A DNA stretch of 64,000 nt. It comes from Rhizaria sp. SCN 62-66. Its lineage: Eukaryota. Location of the stretch: assembly GCA_001724265.1 (NCBI GenBank), contig MEDY01000044.1:62001-126000 (forward strand), read 5' to 3'. The notes under the pieces are model-generated. The model did not search any database and was not told the origin of the DNA. It saw only the letters and a list, made by a program, of their open reading frames with translations. Each line of letters starts with the position of its first letter. Position 1 is the first letter of the stretch. Positions 20,606-32,565 of this stretch are shown here, one piece after another. The position numbers and the translations under genes are program-made.

Positions 20606-22564
20606 ATGCCTAAGGCCTGTGTTGTTGGTGCCGGCATCAGCGGCGTCTCGACGGCGCTTTTCCTCAAGCAGCAGGGCTACGACGTCGTCGTTGTCGAGCA
20701 ACGTGGCGGTCCCGGCGAGGGCGCCACCTCGATCGCGCCCGGCCTTGTCCCCCAGGTTGCGCAGTCGTATGCGCACTACAACATTCTGAACACGATCAAG
20801 GGTGGCTTCTGTCCCTGGACTGCTTACAGCGGCGAGAACGACGAGCGCAACCGCTACTCATGGCGCGACATCCGCAACGCCTTCGGCTGGGACTTCGTCC
20901 GCAGCTGCCTGCCCTGGCACGTGAGTGTTGCCAACCAGCAGCTGTCGCAGCTGGCCCACGCCAACTACGGGCTCGTGCGCGACCTGATCAGCACTTACAA
21001 GCTCGACGTGCCCTTCAACTTCGGGCTGCTGCGCATCTTCACCGCGCGCTCGGGCATGCTGCAGGCGGACGAGTGGCACGACATCGCGAAACAGCAGGTC
21101 GAGAACTACGATGGCATGTCGCTCGACGCCGCTGACGTGCACCGCATGCTGCCCGCGTCGCAGAACCCCACCATGGTCGCGCTCGGCGGTTACCTCTCCC
21201 CCTCGACCATGGTGCTCGACCCCAAGCGCCTCACCACCGAGCTCGCGCGCGTCTGCGCCGAACGCAACGTCGAGTTCCGCTTCGGCACCCAGGTCACCGC
21301 GCTCCTGACCTCCGACGTCCCCGCCGTCAAGAGCACCAACGCCGCTACGTCCACCGTCGTGGTGGACGCCAGCGCCAGCGCTGCTAAGAAGCCTGCGGTG
21401 CACGTGACGGGCGTGATGACGTCCTCGGGACCCATCCACGCCGACGCCGTGATCCTTTGCTCCGGGCTGTCGTCCCACACGCTCACAGACGCCGGCGCCG
21501 CGGGGGGCGCGGCGGTGCCGATCGTGCCGATCAAGTCCGTCGGGCTCGAAGTCGTCGACACGACGCCCAACAACGGGCGCTTGCCCGCGCTCTTCCCGGG
21601 CCGCCCCGCGCCGGCCTTCATCCCGCCCGTCGGCAGCTGCGACACCTCGGACGCCACGGAGCCCTTTGCCGTGGTCCCCAAGCCCATGCCCGCCAACGCG
21701 CGCAACGCCGTCATCCCCTCACCCTACTTCGCCTCGACCGACAACCCGACCGCGCTGGCGGGCGAGAATGCCATCGCGCGCGCCGACCAGGCCGCGCTGC
21801 GCCGCCGCGTGCAAGAGACGGACCTGTTCCCGGCCGCTGTCGAGTTCGCGCGCAACAACACTCTGCTGTTCATGCCGCCCGCGCCGGCGACCACAGCGCT
21901 GCCCCCGCCGGACCTCTCGCGCGCAGAGCCCGCGCTGCAGGAGGCCTCGGTGCGCTTCGACGCCAACGACGTACTGGTGCTCAACGACCGCTCGGACGTG
22001 CTCTCGGCGCGCAGCCCCGCCGTGCTGGAGGCGCTGACGGGCGCGTTCGGCCCGCTGCGGCGCTTCCGCGCCGTAGTTGGGCAGGACATGTCCGAGATCA
22101 ACCCCGAGCTGCCGACGCGGCACATGGACGCGCTGGTCAAGACGCTCGACATCGTCAAGCGCGTGACGCGCAGCGCGCACAGGTACGTGCTCGAGTCGAC
22201 GAACCTGCACAAGGCGGCCGACGCGACGCTGACGCAGGAACGCCGGCTGGAGCTGTGCGCGCCGACGATCGGGCTGCACACGACCTCGCGCGACGGGCTC
22301 CCTGTCACGGGCCGCGTGCGCGACTTCGCGAACCTCTACGTGAACACGGCGCACGGGCCCAGCCCCCTGCAGACGGCCGTGGCGGGCGCGCAGCTCACCG
22401 CCAGCGCCGTCGCCGCCGACGTCGGGCTCGTCCAGGACGCCGTCGCGGGCAGCGGCGCGCTGGCTGTGGCGCTCGTCAGGCCCGCGGTCGCGGTCGACCC
22501 GGCGCCCTTCGCCGCGGACCGCTTCGATCGCCGCGTGCAGATCATGTCCATGTTCACAGACTGA
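20606..22564 (+). CDS. FAD-dependent oxidoreductase, DAO/D-amino-acid dehydrogenase (DadA)-like, 652 aa, single coding exon
   Basis: Rossmann motif VVGAGISGVSTALFLKQQGYDVVVVEQ...GEGATS. Also LDPKRLTTELA...VEFRFGTQV, ADAVILCSG and C-terminal GLHTTSRDGLPVTG...NLYVNTAHG. Stop TGA. Confidence 0.85.
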   Translation: MPKACVVGAGISGVSTALFLKQQGYDVVVVEQRGGPGEGATSIAPGLVPQVAQSYAHYNILNTIKGGFCPWTAYSGENDERNRYSWRDIRNAFGWDFVRSCLPWHVSVANQQLSQLAHANYGLVRDLISTYKLDVPFNFGLLRIFTARSGMLQADEWHDIAKQQVENYDGMSLDAADVHRMLPASQNPTMVALGGYLSPSTMVLDPKRLTTELARVCAERNVEFRFGTQVTALLTSDVPAVKSTNAATSTVVVDASASAAKKPAVHVTGVMTSSGPIHADAVILCSGLSSHTLTDAGAAGGAAVPIVPIKSVGLEVVDTTPNNGRLPALFPGRPAPAFIPPVGSCDTSDATEPFAVVPKPMPANARNAVIPSPYFASTDNPTALAGENAIARADQAALRRRVQETDLFPAAVEFARNNTLLFMPPAPATTALPPPDLSRAEPALQEASVRFDANDVLVLNDRSDVLSARSPAVLEALTGAFGPLRRFRAVVGQDMSEINPELPTRHMDALVKTLDIVKRVTRSAHRYVLESTNLHKAADATLTQERRLELCAPTIGLHTTSRDGLPVTGRVRDFANLYVNTAHGPSPLQTAVAGAQLTASAVAADVGLVQDAVAGSGALAVALVRPAVAVDPAPFAADRFDRRVQIMSMFTD

Positions 22565-23066
22565 GTGCTGCGCTCGCCGACGGAGCGCGGCGCACCTGAC
22601 GGAGTTGCGCTACACGTCCGTTATTATATATTTTGCGTCGTTAGGTGGTGGTATTATTTAGTGTGTCTGTGTGTCAGACGCGTTTCATAGGGCCGATCGG
22701 CCTGAAAGCTTGCGACCGGAATTGCAGAATACAAAACCTTAACTATTAAACAACTATGACTGTGAAAACCGATATTAGTTCAGATTGAAATGTGTGATAT
22801 TTCATTGATGTATTGAAAGTGCATGTTGCCAATTTGTTCTTCTGAAACCGTATCCACAGAGACGTGTCACTCGTCTCATTCAACTAAGTCAGAATACAGT
22901 GACCAACGCACTGCACTGGCCCTGTGTGACACAACCTCAACACAAGAAGATTTGCGCTGACGTCCGCCATCGATTTTTATATGTAGATGTGTTTCTGAAG
23001 TCAGTGACACGCAGTAACGGTCACTACATGATCTCATCGCATCCATCACAGTGAGATTGTGAGCGC

Positions 23067-23946
23067 TCAGTTGTAGATGGCAAGCCCCTTGGCGGCGAGC
23101 TCGCGTGTGTACTGCTCGTGCTCTGCCTCGAGCACCTGGCGCAGGCGCGCGCGGCGGGACTCAACCAGCACGGCGTTGGCCGAAGCGACCTCCTCGGCGA
23201 TCCTGCGAAGGGAGCGAGATAGAGATACATAGGGATATAGCAAAGAGAATGAGACGAAACCGGTATTAAACATTATTAATAGTCATTTGATTCCCTTCAT
23301 TTTCGGGGTGTCAAAAGAACGTTAATTGTGGTCCTGTGGAGCGAATATGGTCAACTAAGTGGCGATTTAAGGCGACGTACAGGTTCTTGCGGCGGAGGGC
23401 CTGTCGGAGGTGCATGGCCTTCTCGGAGGCCTCAAACCAGTCGCGGACGTGCTCCTGCTGCTTAGCTCTATAGGTGGATAAGAAAGTGGGATAAGGTGAA
23501 GGCTTAGCGAGAGTATGTGAGTGGTGTGTGAATGAAGAGAACAGTCAGCTGCTGATGTTGATGCGATGAACGAGTACGTACTGCTTGTGAAGCTGCTGCT
23601 GGTGCATGTCGGCCTGATCGGCGGCCGCGCGCTGGGCAATGTTGCTGCCGCCTGGCTTGCGGCCGCGAGCCTCGGGACGGGAAAGAGGGTAGAAGCGCCT
23701 GTGAGGGTGGGAAAGCAAAGGTGGAAGCAAGAGTGAGCGAGTGGTGTAGAGGTGTCTTCGGAGCGTCGTGGTGAGGCAGAGACTTCGGACAGCAAACAAA
23801 TTCTATAACTAAACTAAAATAACTTGTGTGACGTACGCAATGTCCTGGTCATTCTCGAAGTAGATAGGCTTGGGGGCGTTGGCGGGGGCGCGAGCAGTCG
23901 CAGCCATGGACATGGCCTGCGACTCAGACTGCCACATTCGCGACAT
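23067..23946 (-). CDS. Small coiled-coil protein resembling cilia/flagella-associated protein CFAP141 (C1orf189 family), 149 aa
   Basis: Exons complement(23837..23946, 23582..23698, 23381..23467, 23067..23202), all GTACGT donors, 450 nt in frame. C-terminus VLVESRRARLRQVLEAEHEQYTRELAAKGLAIYN matches my recollection of the C1orf189 C-terminal pattern (R..L..L...E...Y..EL...G.A.Y). Stop TGA. Confidence 0.65.
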
Positions 23947-24758
23947 CGAAGTTCTGCAAGGATAAAAGAGGTTATAGAAAGCATAAATAGAGGACATAAT
24001 ATTTTAGTTTCTTGTCATTCTTGCTCACTGCCTAAAATAGACTTTAACGGTCATAACAAATCACTTTGCCTAAAAACGACTCGGGGTCGATGGATGACCG
24101 TTACCAGTCTCGAGAGCTGCATCGAGTCTGCTGATGCGACTGAGCAAAGAAGGAGTCTTAGGGATATGTGTCATTATCTCATCTCTAAAGTCAAAATGAA
24201 TGGTGCAAACCTGGTTTTCCGTGTACAAGTTAAACATGTGTCATATGCCAGCAACTCCTGTTGAGCATGTCTTGCTCCCACAGCTTGCTGCAGCATGCTC
24301 GCGTCACGCCTGGGCACAAGCTCGTAGTTGGCAAACCTGGTGCAGCGCGCGCAACGTTGCCGCAGCAATGATATCGCGGCGCCAGCCCGGCCACGAGATG
24401 CCTGTCTTGGCAGGTGGCATGTAGAATGCGCGCGCGCACAGCAAGATGGTGATTTATACGATGCCTTCATAGTCACGCACAAAGTACGAGAGCTCATAGC
24501 AAGTGGATTTACGTGCGTTGCTGCATTACTTTAGTTAGGTGCCGATGTGTGACACCGTATGCGCGCGCGCGCGCTGCTCAACGCAAAGCCGTTGACGCCT
24601 TCGGCATTGATGACGTCTGGCGAGGTTGATACGAGCTCGGTCACGTAGGAAGCAAACGAAACAATAAACGACATCTGTATTTTAAAACGGTCTACACGTA
24701 CATTGCAACACTCTTCTAACTATAAATACTCTGGCAAACAACGCCATTGTGCGCCTGC

Positions 24759-27077
24759 TTACGCCTTGCTGTGGTGGCGCGCGCACGCGTGCTCGGCCGC
24801 GCCCTCCTCGCACGCGAGCGGCGTGAAGACCTTGAACGGGTTCATGATGCCGTGCGGGTCCAGCGCGCGCTTGATCTTGCGCATGAGCTCCACAGCGACG
24901 GCGCCGCGCTCCTCCTCCAGGAAGCGCATCTTGCCCAGCCCCACGCCGTGCTCGCCCGAGGACGTGCCGCGGAAGGCCAGCGCGCGGCGCACCATGCGGT
25001 CGTTCAGAGTCGTCACGAACTAGGACCGCGAGTATTAAAACACACACAAGCGCAACAAAACAAAAAGTGAGAGATTACAGTGGCAAACATACAATAACAC
25101 GATAATGCAAATTTAAAAAATTCATCGTTTTTTGGGGTCGATAAGTTGCCAGAATCGGCTCATCATGACAAGCTAATTGTTATGTGAATCATGAGCAAGC
25201 ACGCAATCGGACTTACCTTACTTTGGACGGCGTCATTGGGGTTGTAGGGGATGAGGCAGTGGAAGTTGCCGTCGGCAACGTGTCCGACGATGGGACAGCA
25301 CACGCCCTCGGCGTCGCCCACGGTCGAGAAGTCCGACTCGGTCTCCGTGATCATCTAGAGTGGCGACGGCAAGGTCGGCGATGATACAACAGAACGAGTG
25401 ATTGGCTTGTGAGGTCGTATGATGTCAGAATTCGGATACACAAACACGAACTATGGAATCATGTCGAAATATAATATATCATGTCATCATGTGTTATTTG
25501 CTGTCAGTTATCGATCGTACCGCAGTGAGGTCTGGCAGGGGCACGCAGACGTCGGTGGTGAACATGGCCAGCTTGGGCTTGTCCCCGGCGCCGGCCAGCG
25601 CCGGCAGCCCCCGCTCAGCGCGCAGCTTGTTGGCCTTGTCCTGCGCCTCCTGCCAGAGCGTGAAGGCAGCGAAGTAGCCGTCGCGGCGCGCCTGCCACAT
25701 GGCGTCCATCTCGGCAGCGTCGGCCGTCGACGCGTACGAGACCGAGGCCTCGGCGCGCGCCATCTGCTCCGCGCGCGCGGACGCAGAGGCCACCTCCTGG
25801 AGGAACCAACGCAGAAACGAAGAGGAACAAAGAACATAGTTGTCGTGAGAGAAATTAGAAATAGTTACAGGACAAAGTGAAAACATGGATATCAATGGAA
25901 GATATACAGATTTGCGTTTTTCAAAACATCAATGCCGTATATTCTCAGCGCTCGCACGTACCTCGGCGGTGGTGCCGTGGAACTCGAGGAAGAGCGTGGG
26001 TGCCTCGGGGTAGTCTGTCTTTGAGTACTTGTTGACACCGCGCATCATGAGCGCGTTGAGCAGCTCCGCGCGCGCGAGCTGCGTGACGCCTGCGGCGATG
26101 AGCGCGGTGACGAAGTCGCAGACCTGGCGCGTCGAAGGAAACTGCACGCGCGCCGCGAGCATGGCACTGGGGATCGGACGCACGACAAGAATGAGCTCGG
26201 TGACGATGCAGAGCGTGCCCTCGGAGCCGATGAGGAGCTGGTGCAAATTGTAGCCGACCGAGGACTTGGGCGCCCGCGTGCGCGTGACCATGACGCGGCC
26301 GTCCGACATCACCACAGTCATCTGGCGGCAGTTCTCGCGCATCGTGCCATACTTGTACGACAGCGTGCCAGAAGCGCCCGTGTTGGCGTAGCCGCCGACG
26401 CAGGCGTTGGACCCGGGGTCGACGGGGAAGAAAAGGCCCTCTTTCTTGAGCTGGGCGTTGAGCATCACCTTCTCGATGCCCGGCTGCACCTCGATGAGCA
26501 TCTCTTCGCGGCTGAGCTTCAGGATGCGGTCCATGCGCGACATGTTGACGACGACGCCCGGGACGACCGAGAGCGACGAGCCCTCGAGCCCCGTGCGCGT
26601 GCCAGCGGGGTTGACCGCGACGCGGTGGCGGAAGCACACGCGCATGAGGCGTGAGACCTCCTCCGTCGAGGCCGGGTACACAACCACGGAGCAGGGCAGC
26701 GCGTCGAAGTGCGAGCGGTCGCTCACGGCGCGCGCCACGGGGCTCTGCGCGAATGTCGCGGTGTCGAGCAGACTCTCGGTCACGGTGAACTGCTTCGCGG
26801 GGTCGGCCACGCACGCCTTCAGCTCGGCCAGGATCGCGGGCGTCACGGCCGTAAAGCCCGCAGCGGCGCCGGCGCGCTGCAGGCTCGCGACGGAGAACGG
26901 ATCCGACAGGTCGTCGTCGCCGGCCGTGGCGGCCGCGGCGAGCGACTGCTGGGGCAGGGGCAGGTGCGAGGCAGGGTAGCCCTTGTGGGGCACGAGGAGG
27001 CCCTGGAGCGTGTCCAGACGGGCGCGCGCGCGGCCAAGGGCCAGAACGCCGTCAAGGTCACTGCACGAAGGGTCCAT
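24759..27077 (-). CDS. LDHD: FAD-linked D-lactate dehydrogenase (cytochrome), LDHD/DLD1 family, about 596 aa
   Basis: Exons complement(25962..27077, 25521..25796, 25217..25354, 24759..25019), 1791 nt in frame. Motifs VVYPASTEEV, GTRTGLEG, FFPVDPG, KSSVGYNLHQLLIGSEGTL, TDVCVP, VGHVADGNFH, GEHGVGLGK and IKRALDPHGIMNP. The start ATG is uncertain. Stop TAA. Confidence 0.9.
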
Positions 27078-28260
27078 TCTGTCCGTGGCAAAAGTGACAT
27101 GATGATACACGGGCGACGGAGGCAAGCGGTTGCGAAGCGAAGTGAAAGCGGGGAATTGTGAGTTTGGGATTGCTCTGTCGAGACGAAGAGTCCGTTGATA
27201 GCATGCCGCAAAACAAAAACCATATTTCCCCAATCTGTTAAGCAGGAATCCTTAATTATACTTGTGCATAGTAGCACATGATGTTGTTTCAGGACATTTT
27301 GTGAAGCCGGTCTGCCGACTTGGAGGAGGCATGTGGAGCTCAGCCTCGCTTCTTCTCGACCTCTGTTGAAGCCTTTTGCTCCTCAGAATTGCCCATATAT
27401 TGCACATTTGCAAGAAAAACTTTTTAACTTTTTGACTTTGTGTGAAATATGCTGTTTGATTTATTCTTTTTTTGTTTCAAAGAAGCAATACCAACAAAAG
27501 AACATGAATTGTCAGTTTGATTTTACTCTGAATTTGTACTTTAAATAGCAAAAAATTCATCCGCGCGCTCCATTTTTGTGTTTTAATCAAGAGTTTACTA
27601 TAGCTAAATCAAGAGATATAGCAGAAAAAAATGCAAAACATCATACTTATAATTGTTTTGTCAGTGATTACACTGTTTTTCATGCCTCTGACACCAAGGT
27701 TGCAGAGATATCCTTGATTTTGATCTAATATCGTCCGATGTCTTGCCTTGTTTTGACGAATATCCAATGATAGATCAGGGTGAGTGCTAAAAATAATAAG
27801 CGTGCAGGAAATCTGGTGTATTATTTAAGGGATGCATGTTCCCTAACACCTTGGAACGCCTGTTAAACTTTTGTCCTCGAGTCGATTGTGATCCGCCACG
27901 AACTGCTTCGTTGCGCAAAGCGGCAAGGCTTACTAAAGTTGGGTTGGTGAAATAGCGTGGAATCACTCCATTTCATCGTCAATGCACAATTAAATAGCAG
28001 TGTCACGATTTAATTTACCATTTAATATATTTTCTTATTTGATTAATCTTCAAAGCGCTATATATAGATACCGCACTTGAATAACCCGTGTTCGCGCTCC
28101 TCTTAACGTCTGTCTTGCCGCGAATCCTAACAGCTCTCTTACGCGTACCTCTTAGCCGCAGGGCTCACCGTTTGATTTTGGAATTTCAACGCTAAATATC
28201 TTAGTTTGGCCTTAGTAACACCTTGAGACATAGTCATATATCTGACTTTCATCGCCCCGC

Positions 28261-30597
28261 ATGAACCTGCGCGCCCACCGCCAGTCGTCGTCCCCGCACG
28301 GCGCCGCGGGGGCCGCCACCGAGGCAGTGCCTGCCAAAGAACCTGAGAGCGCTACGCTTTCGTCGCTTAGCAGCGCCGCAAACTTCTTTAAAACAACGCT
28401 TAAGCCGCACGTCCAAGCGATTGGCGTGACGAGTGTGCTGCTATTCCGCGCGCTCTTCTGCCGCGCCCGCCGGACCGCCCCAGCCGCTACAGACAACGTC
28501 ATCAGCGGCGGTGGCGGCGGCTACAGCGCCGGCGACCCGCGCAACTCCCCGTTTGCACTGTTCTGTCTGCTCCTCTCCGCTGTCGCGAACCTGTGTCTGA
28601 TTCTCGCTGTGCACCTGCTTCTGCTGCTGGTGCGCGTCGTCAGCAGCATCTTCGTCTGCATCGTGCTCTTCGGCTGCGCGTTCGTCGCATACACGTACTT
28701 CGCCATCGTCGAGCCCTACAACGCGCCGCGCATTGCCGCGTTTGTGTCTAAGCACATAACCTCTTCAGCAGCTACAGCGACATCCGTCGCCACAGAGGCC
28801 GCAGCAGCATCGGCAGCGTCAGTCGCAGCGACCGTGACCGAGGCAGGTGTGACTTCAGTGCCGGTGCTGGCGCACGTCGTACTGTACGGGCTGCAACTGT
28901 TCTCGCTTGTTGGCGTGTTCTATCTGTACTGGAACTATCTGGCCGCTATTATCCGTGGCCCCGGCTTCTTGCCCAAAGCAAATGCAGGAGTGACAACAGC
29001 GCTAACAACGAATCAGCCTCTGACGTTGACGACGCCGACAGCTGCGCCTGGCGGCTTGGCTTCGGGGGAGCTCGACCTCGACGCTGCCATGGCCATTGCC
29101 GCTGCCGGCAGCGACGCGGGCGCCACGCTGCTCTCCCGCTCTCCCGTCGCAGCGGCGGTATTGTCCGCTGTCGCGTCGACGGAGCCGGTGCGCGTGTGCC
29201 GGCCGTGCGGCGGGATTGTCAAGCCGCCGCGCGCGCACCACTGCTCCATGTGCAACGCCTGCGTGGAGCGCATGGACCACCACTGTCCCTGGCTGGGAAC
29301 CTGCGTTGGCCGGCAGAACCACAAGCATTTCGTGCTGTTTCTGCTATTTCTCTGGGTCATGGGGGCGTACTACGCGGTGACTGCTGGACCGCTCACTTTC
29401 GCCGCCATTGCCGAGCAAGTGGCGCTCCGGAACGGCGGCAGCAGCACGAGTGATGCCTCATTATTAGCCACAGTTTCTTCCACCGCGGAGCCAAGAACGG
29501 GAGCAAGGACAGCATCGGGTGCTGTTGAGCTACAACCACTTGACCCTTCGACCAGCGCCACACAGCGTGCCAGCGGAGTGACCGTGAGCAGCAAGCCCGT
29601 GGCCGTGAGCCCCGATGACGCGAATGTCAACAACGACACACGGAGGCCCCGTCCAGTGGCGACATTGACGGACGACGACGGCGTGCCCGTGGCCGTGTAT
29701 GCGCGCCCGACCCGCGGCCGCAGCGGCGCGGCTGCGCGCAGTCAGAGCACGGGCCAGGGGGGCCAGAGCCAGGGCCAGAGTCGGAGTGAGAGTCAGAGTG
29801 AGAGTTAGGACACGCCCGACGCCTCTTTCAGTGACGGGACTGACAGTGAATCGCCCCAGAGCAGCAGCAGCAGCGGCGATCGTGTGCTCTCGTACACGCG
29901 CCAGCACTACTCGCAGCTGCTCATCGCCTACGTGCTCGCCTTCGCAGTCTGCACCGCGGGCGCCGTATTCCTCTCGCTGCACGCGTTCTTGACCGCGAGC
30001 AACCTGACCACGATCGAGATGCTTGAGTCCTTCGGCCGCGTCCGCAGCGCGCTCAACCCGGACCTGCGCTTTCGCAGTGGCCGCGGTCCAAACAAGAAGG
30101 ATAGCGCCGCTCACCGCGGCAATAATAGCAACAACAACGCCGGCGACGACAATGAAGACAATGATGCTGAGTACGACGACGACGAGTACAACGAAACCGA
30201 AACTGACTACGACGCCGAAGCAGGGCACGTTCACAGCATCAGCAATGGAAGCGTTACAAGCAGCACGACAACTCTGCTCAGCTCTAGCAACGCCGTGTCT
30301 GGTGCAGCCAGGCCCAGCGCGCACAGCGTGTTTGTGCCGGCGGCCTCGCGCGTGGGCCGCCGCACGGGCTGCGCCGCGGTGCTGCTGCTGCTGCTGCGCT
30401 CGTGTGGCGACGTGAGGTACTTCGTCACCTCGCGCGTGCGCCGCGGCCGCTACTCGCGCGGGTCGGCCGCTGGGAACGTCACCGCGCTGTGGGGCCGGGG
30501 CGCGCTGTGGCGGCACGTGCTGGTCCCGACGTGGGACGAGCGCGGCGGGGACCGGGATTGCGAGCTCAACCCGGAGCGGGAGGACTGCTCGTACTGA
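28261..30597 (+). CDS. DHHC-type protein S-palmitoyltransferase (ZDHHC family), 778 aa if the in-frame TAG at 29806-29808 is read through
   Basis: TM helices, [52 protein letters not shown]. After a single TAG the same frame continues to TM4, [19 protein letters not shown] (TTxE motif) and [15 protein letters not shown] (C-terminal motif), ending in TGA at 30597. Track ORFs 28261..29808 and 29884..30597 are the same frame. Confidence 0.9.
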
Positions 30598-30875
30598 GCA
30601 ACGATCGCTGTCCACTTAACAAAGAATGCGCACATCATACTGCTTGTAGGTGTGCTTCGAGATACTTAGGATAACTTTATGGATACATTAGACTATTTGA
30701 TTGAATACACAACCATTTTTGCATTTAGGTTTTGTAGGCGTGTATTATTTTTGGCCGTTAATAATGGAAAATCGTTCCGGGCCCTGTACAGACTTGCAAT
30801 GCTACTGCTCAGCTCACATAGTTCAGAATCTCACTCACAAGTCACATTGTTTCGTTGTTTCACCAATATGTTCGT

Positions 30876-32086
30876 TCAACTGAGGTCAACAACACCAGTT
30901 GCATGCGCACTCCGCCTGATCTCACCGTCCATGCCCATGCTGTTCTCATAGCCCCCGCCGCTGACGGAGTGACCGTGGGCCGAGTGACCGTGAGCAGCAC
31001 CGCCTCTGAGCAGGGGGTGGGTGGCCTCTGCGTCGGGGCTAACGGCGCCGACGCCGACGCCGCTGTTGTTGCTGTTAGCGCCGATCATACTCTCGTCGTC
31101 GCCATCGCCGTCCGCGTCGTCGGCGTCCGTGGTTGGGGAGGGGACAGACCTGTAGGAGACAACAAAATGAAGTATAAAACAACAAAGACAGAAATTTGAG
31201 GCCAAAACTAAGAGTATAGTTTGAAATATAAGAGAAACATATTATATTTCAAATTCAAACAATGGTAGTGATGAAGCAAGCGTACCTCTTGGCCGCGGCG
31301 GCGGTGGGGGGCGCGACCCGGAAGGACATGGGGATGTCGGTGAAGCCCGCGGCGTCCTGCAGCGCGGGCGGAAACGACGACGGCAGCCGCGCCTGCGCCG
31401 CGAAGCCCGTGGACGCGATCGCCGTGGAGGAAGAGGCTGCACCGCCGACCGAGGCGCCGTTGGCGTTGGCGGAGTGAGGGCGGAGGGGCGCGAAGCTGAC
31501 GCCGCCGTGCAGGGTCGCGTGGGCCACGATGAGAATGGCTGAAATAAGGAACACGGCAAGCAGCGTCGCGGCAAAGGCGAGCAGCGCGACGGTGGCGAGC
31601 GCGGCGAACGCCAGGCCCTTGCGCGGGCCCTTGAGCTTGAAGTCGGACGTGATGGTGATGGTGTCGTACTTGAAGAAGACGACGTACCCGACCGCGGCGA
31701 GAATCAGAACAACAAGCAGCAGGTGTGGCTTAAAGACGAGCGTGTATGCAAGCGTGATGGCGCCGACCATAGCGTAGTTGGAGAGGAAGTAGCGCGTGTT
31801 GAGGTCCATGCGCGTGCTCGCCTGCTGGATGCTGTCGGGCACAGAGAAGTACAGCGGCGTCGCAAACTCCACCAGCGGACGCATTGTCGTCAGCCAGTTG
31901 CGCGCCATCGCACTCTAAGCAAAATGACATGTACAGAATCGAGGATGTTGCTCGCATGAGATGCGGTTTGCAGACACTGGACGCGCAGGAAGAGAGGAGA
32001 ATCAAGTCTGAAACGCTGACGTGGCTGGGCTGACGTACCTGGTAGTGCTTCTGCGCAATCTTGAGCGCTTGTTCAACTTGAGACAT
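30876..32086 (-). CDS. PRA1: PRA1 (prenylated Rab acceptor)/Yip3 family membrane protein, 316 aa
   Basis: Exons complement(32039..32086, 31286..31914, 30876..31149), 951 nt in frame. Motif MRPLVEF...FSVP....ASTRMDLNTRYFLSNY, two long hydrophobic hairpins and IVAHATLH. Stop TGA. Confidence 0.88.
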
Positions 32087-32565
32087 TTTGTTGAAAAGAA
32101 ACTAATCCGATCTACTAGAATCTCGCGTTTTTAATGTGTGTGACGATCAGAAACGGGTAATCAAAGTCGATCATATCTCGATGTCGAAGCTCTCGGCCGA
32201 GGACTGTGGGCCACGGTCGCGCTCGCTCGATCACCATCAGATTTAAACTTTGCAGGAGGAGTACGCACACCGTCTGCCGCCAGCAGCGCATACGGGCTCG
32301 ATTTTTGACAACACCGCGTATAGATCTACATGTTCCGTGTTTAATGTTACTACCAAGCGCGATCCCGTCCCGCTGCGCACACTCCCGCAAAGCTTTCTTC
32401 GCACCTAACCACGAGAGTAACCACAATCACTTCGCCGTAGGATTTCGAGTCGATTCAGGAATCTGAAGCAATATAACAACGACCACACGATACTCACGCT
32501 TAACTGCCTTTGATTTCTGCCACTTTTGTATCAATCCTTCTCAGACCCGAGCTTTAGCGGACGTG

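Noticed and set aside
29780-29870. A small intron removing the DHHC TAG (GTGAG/GTCAG/GTTAG donors with AGs at 29831, 29846, 29859)
   Set aside because: The combinations I tested give lengths not divisible by 3 (for example 46, 34, 61, 49, 74, 62 nt). The region also lacks the AT-rich, GTACG-type signature of real introns here.
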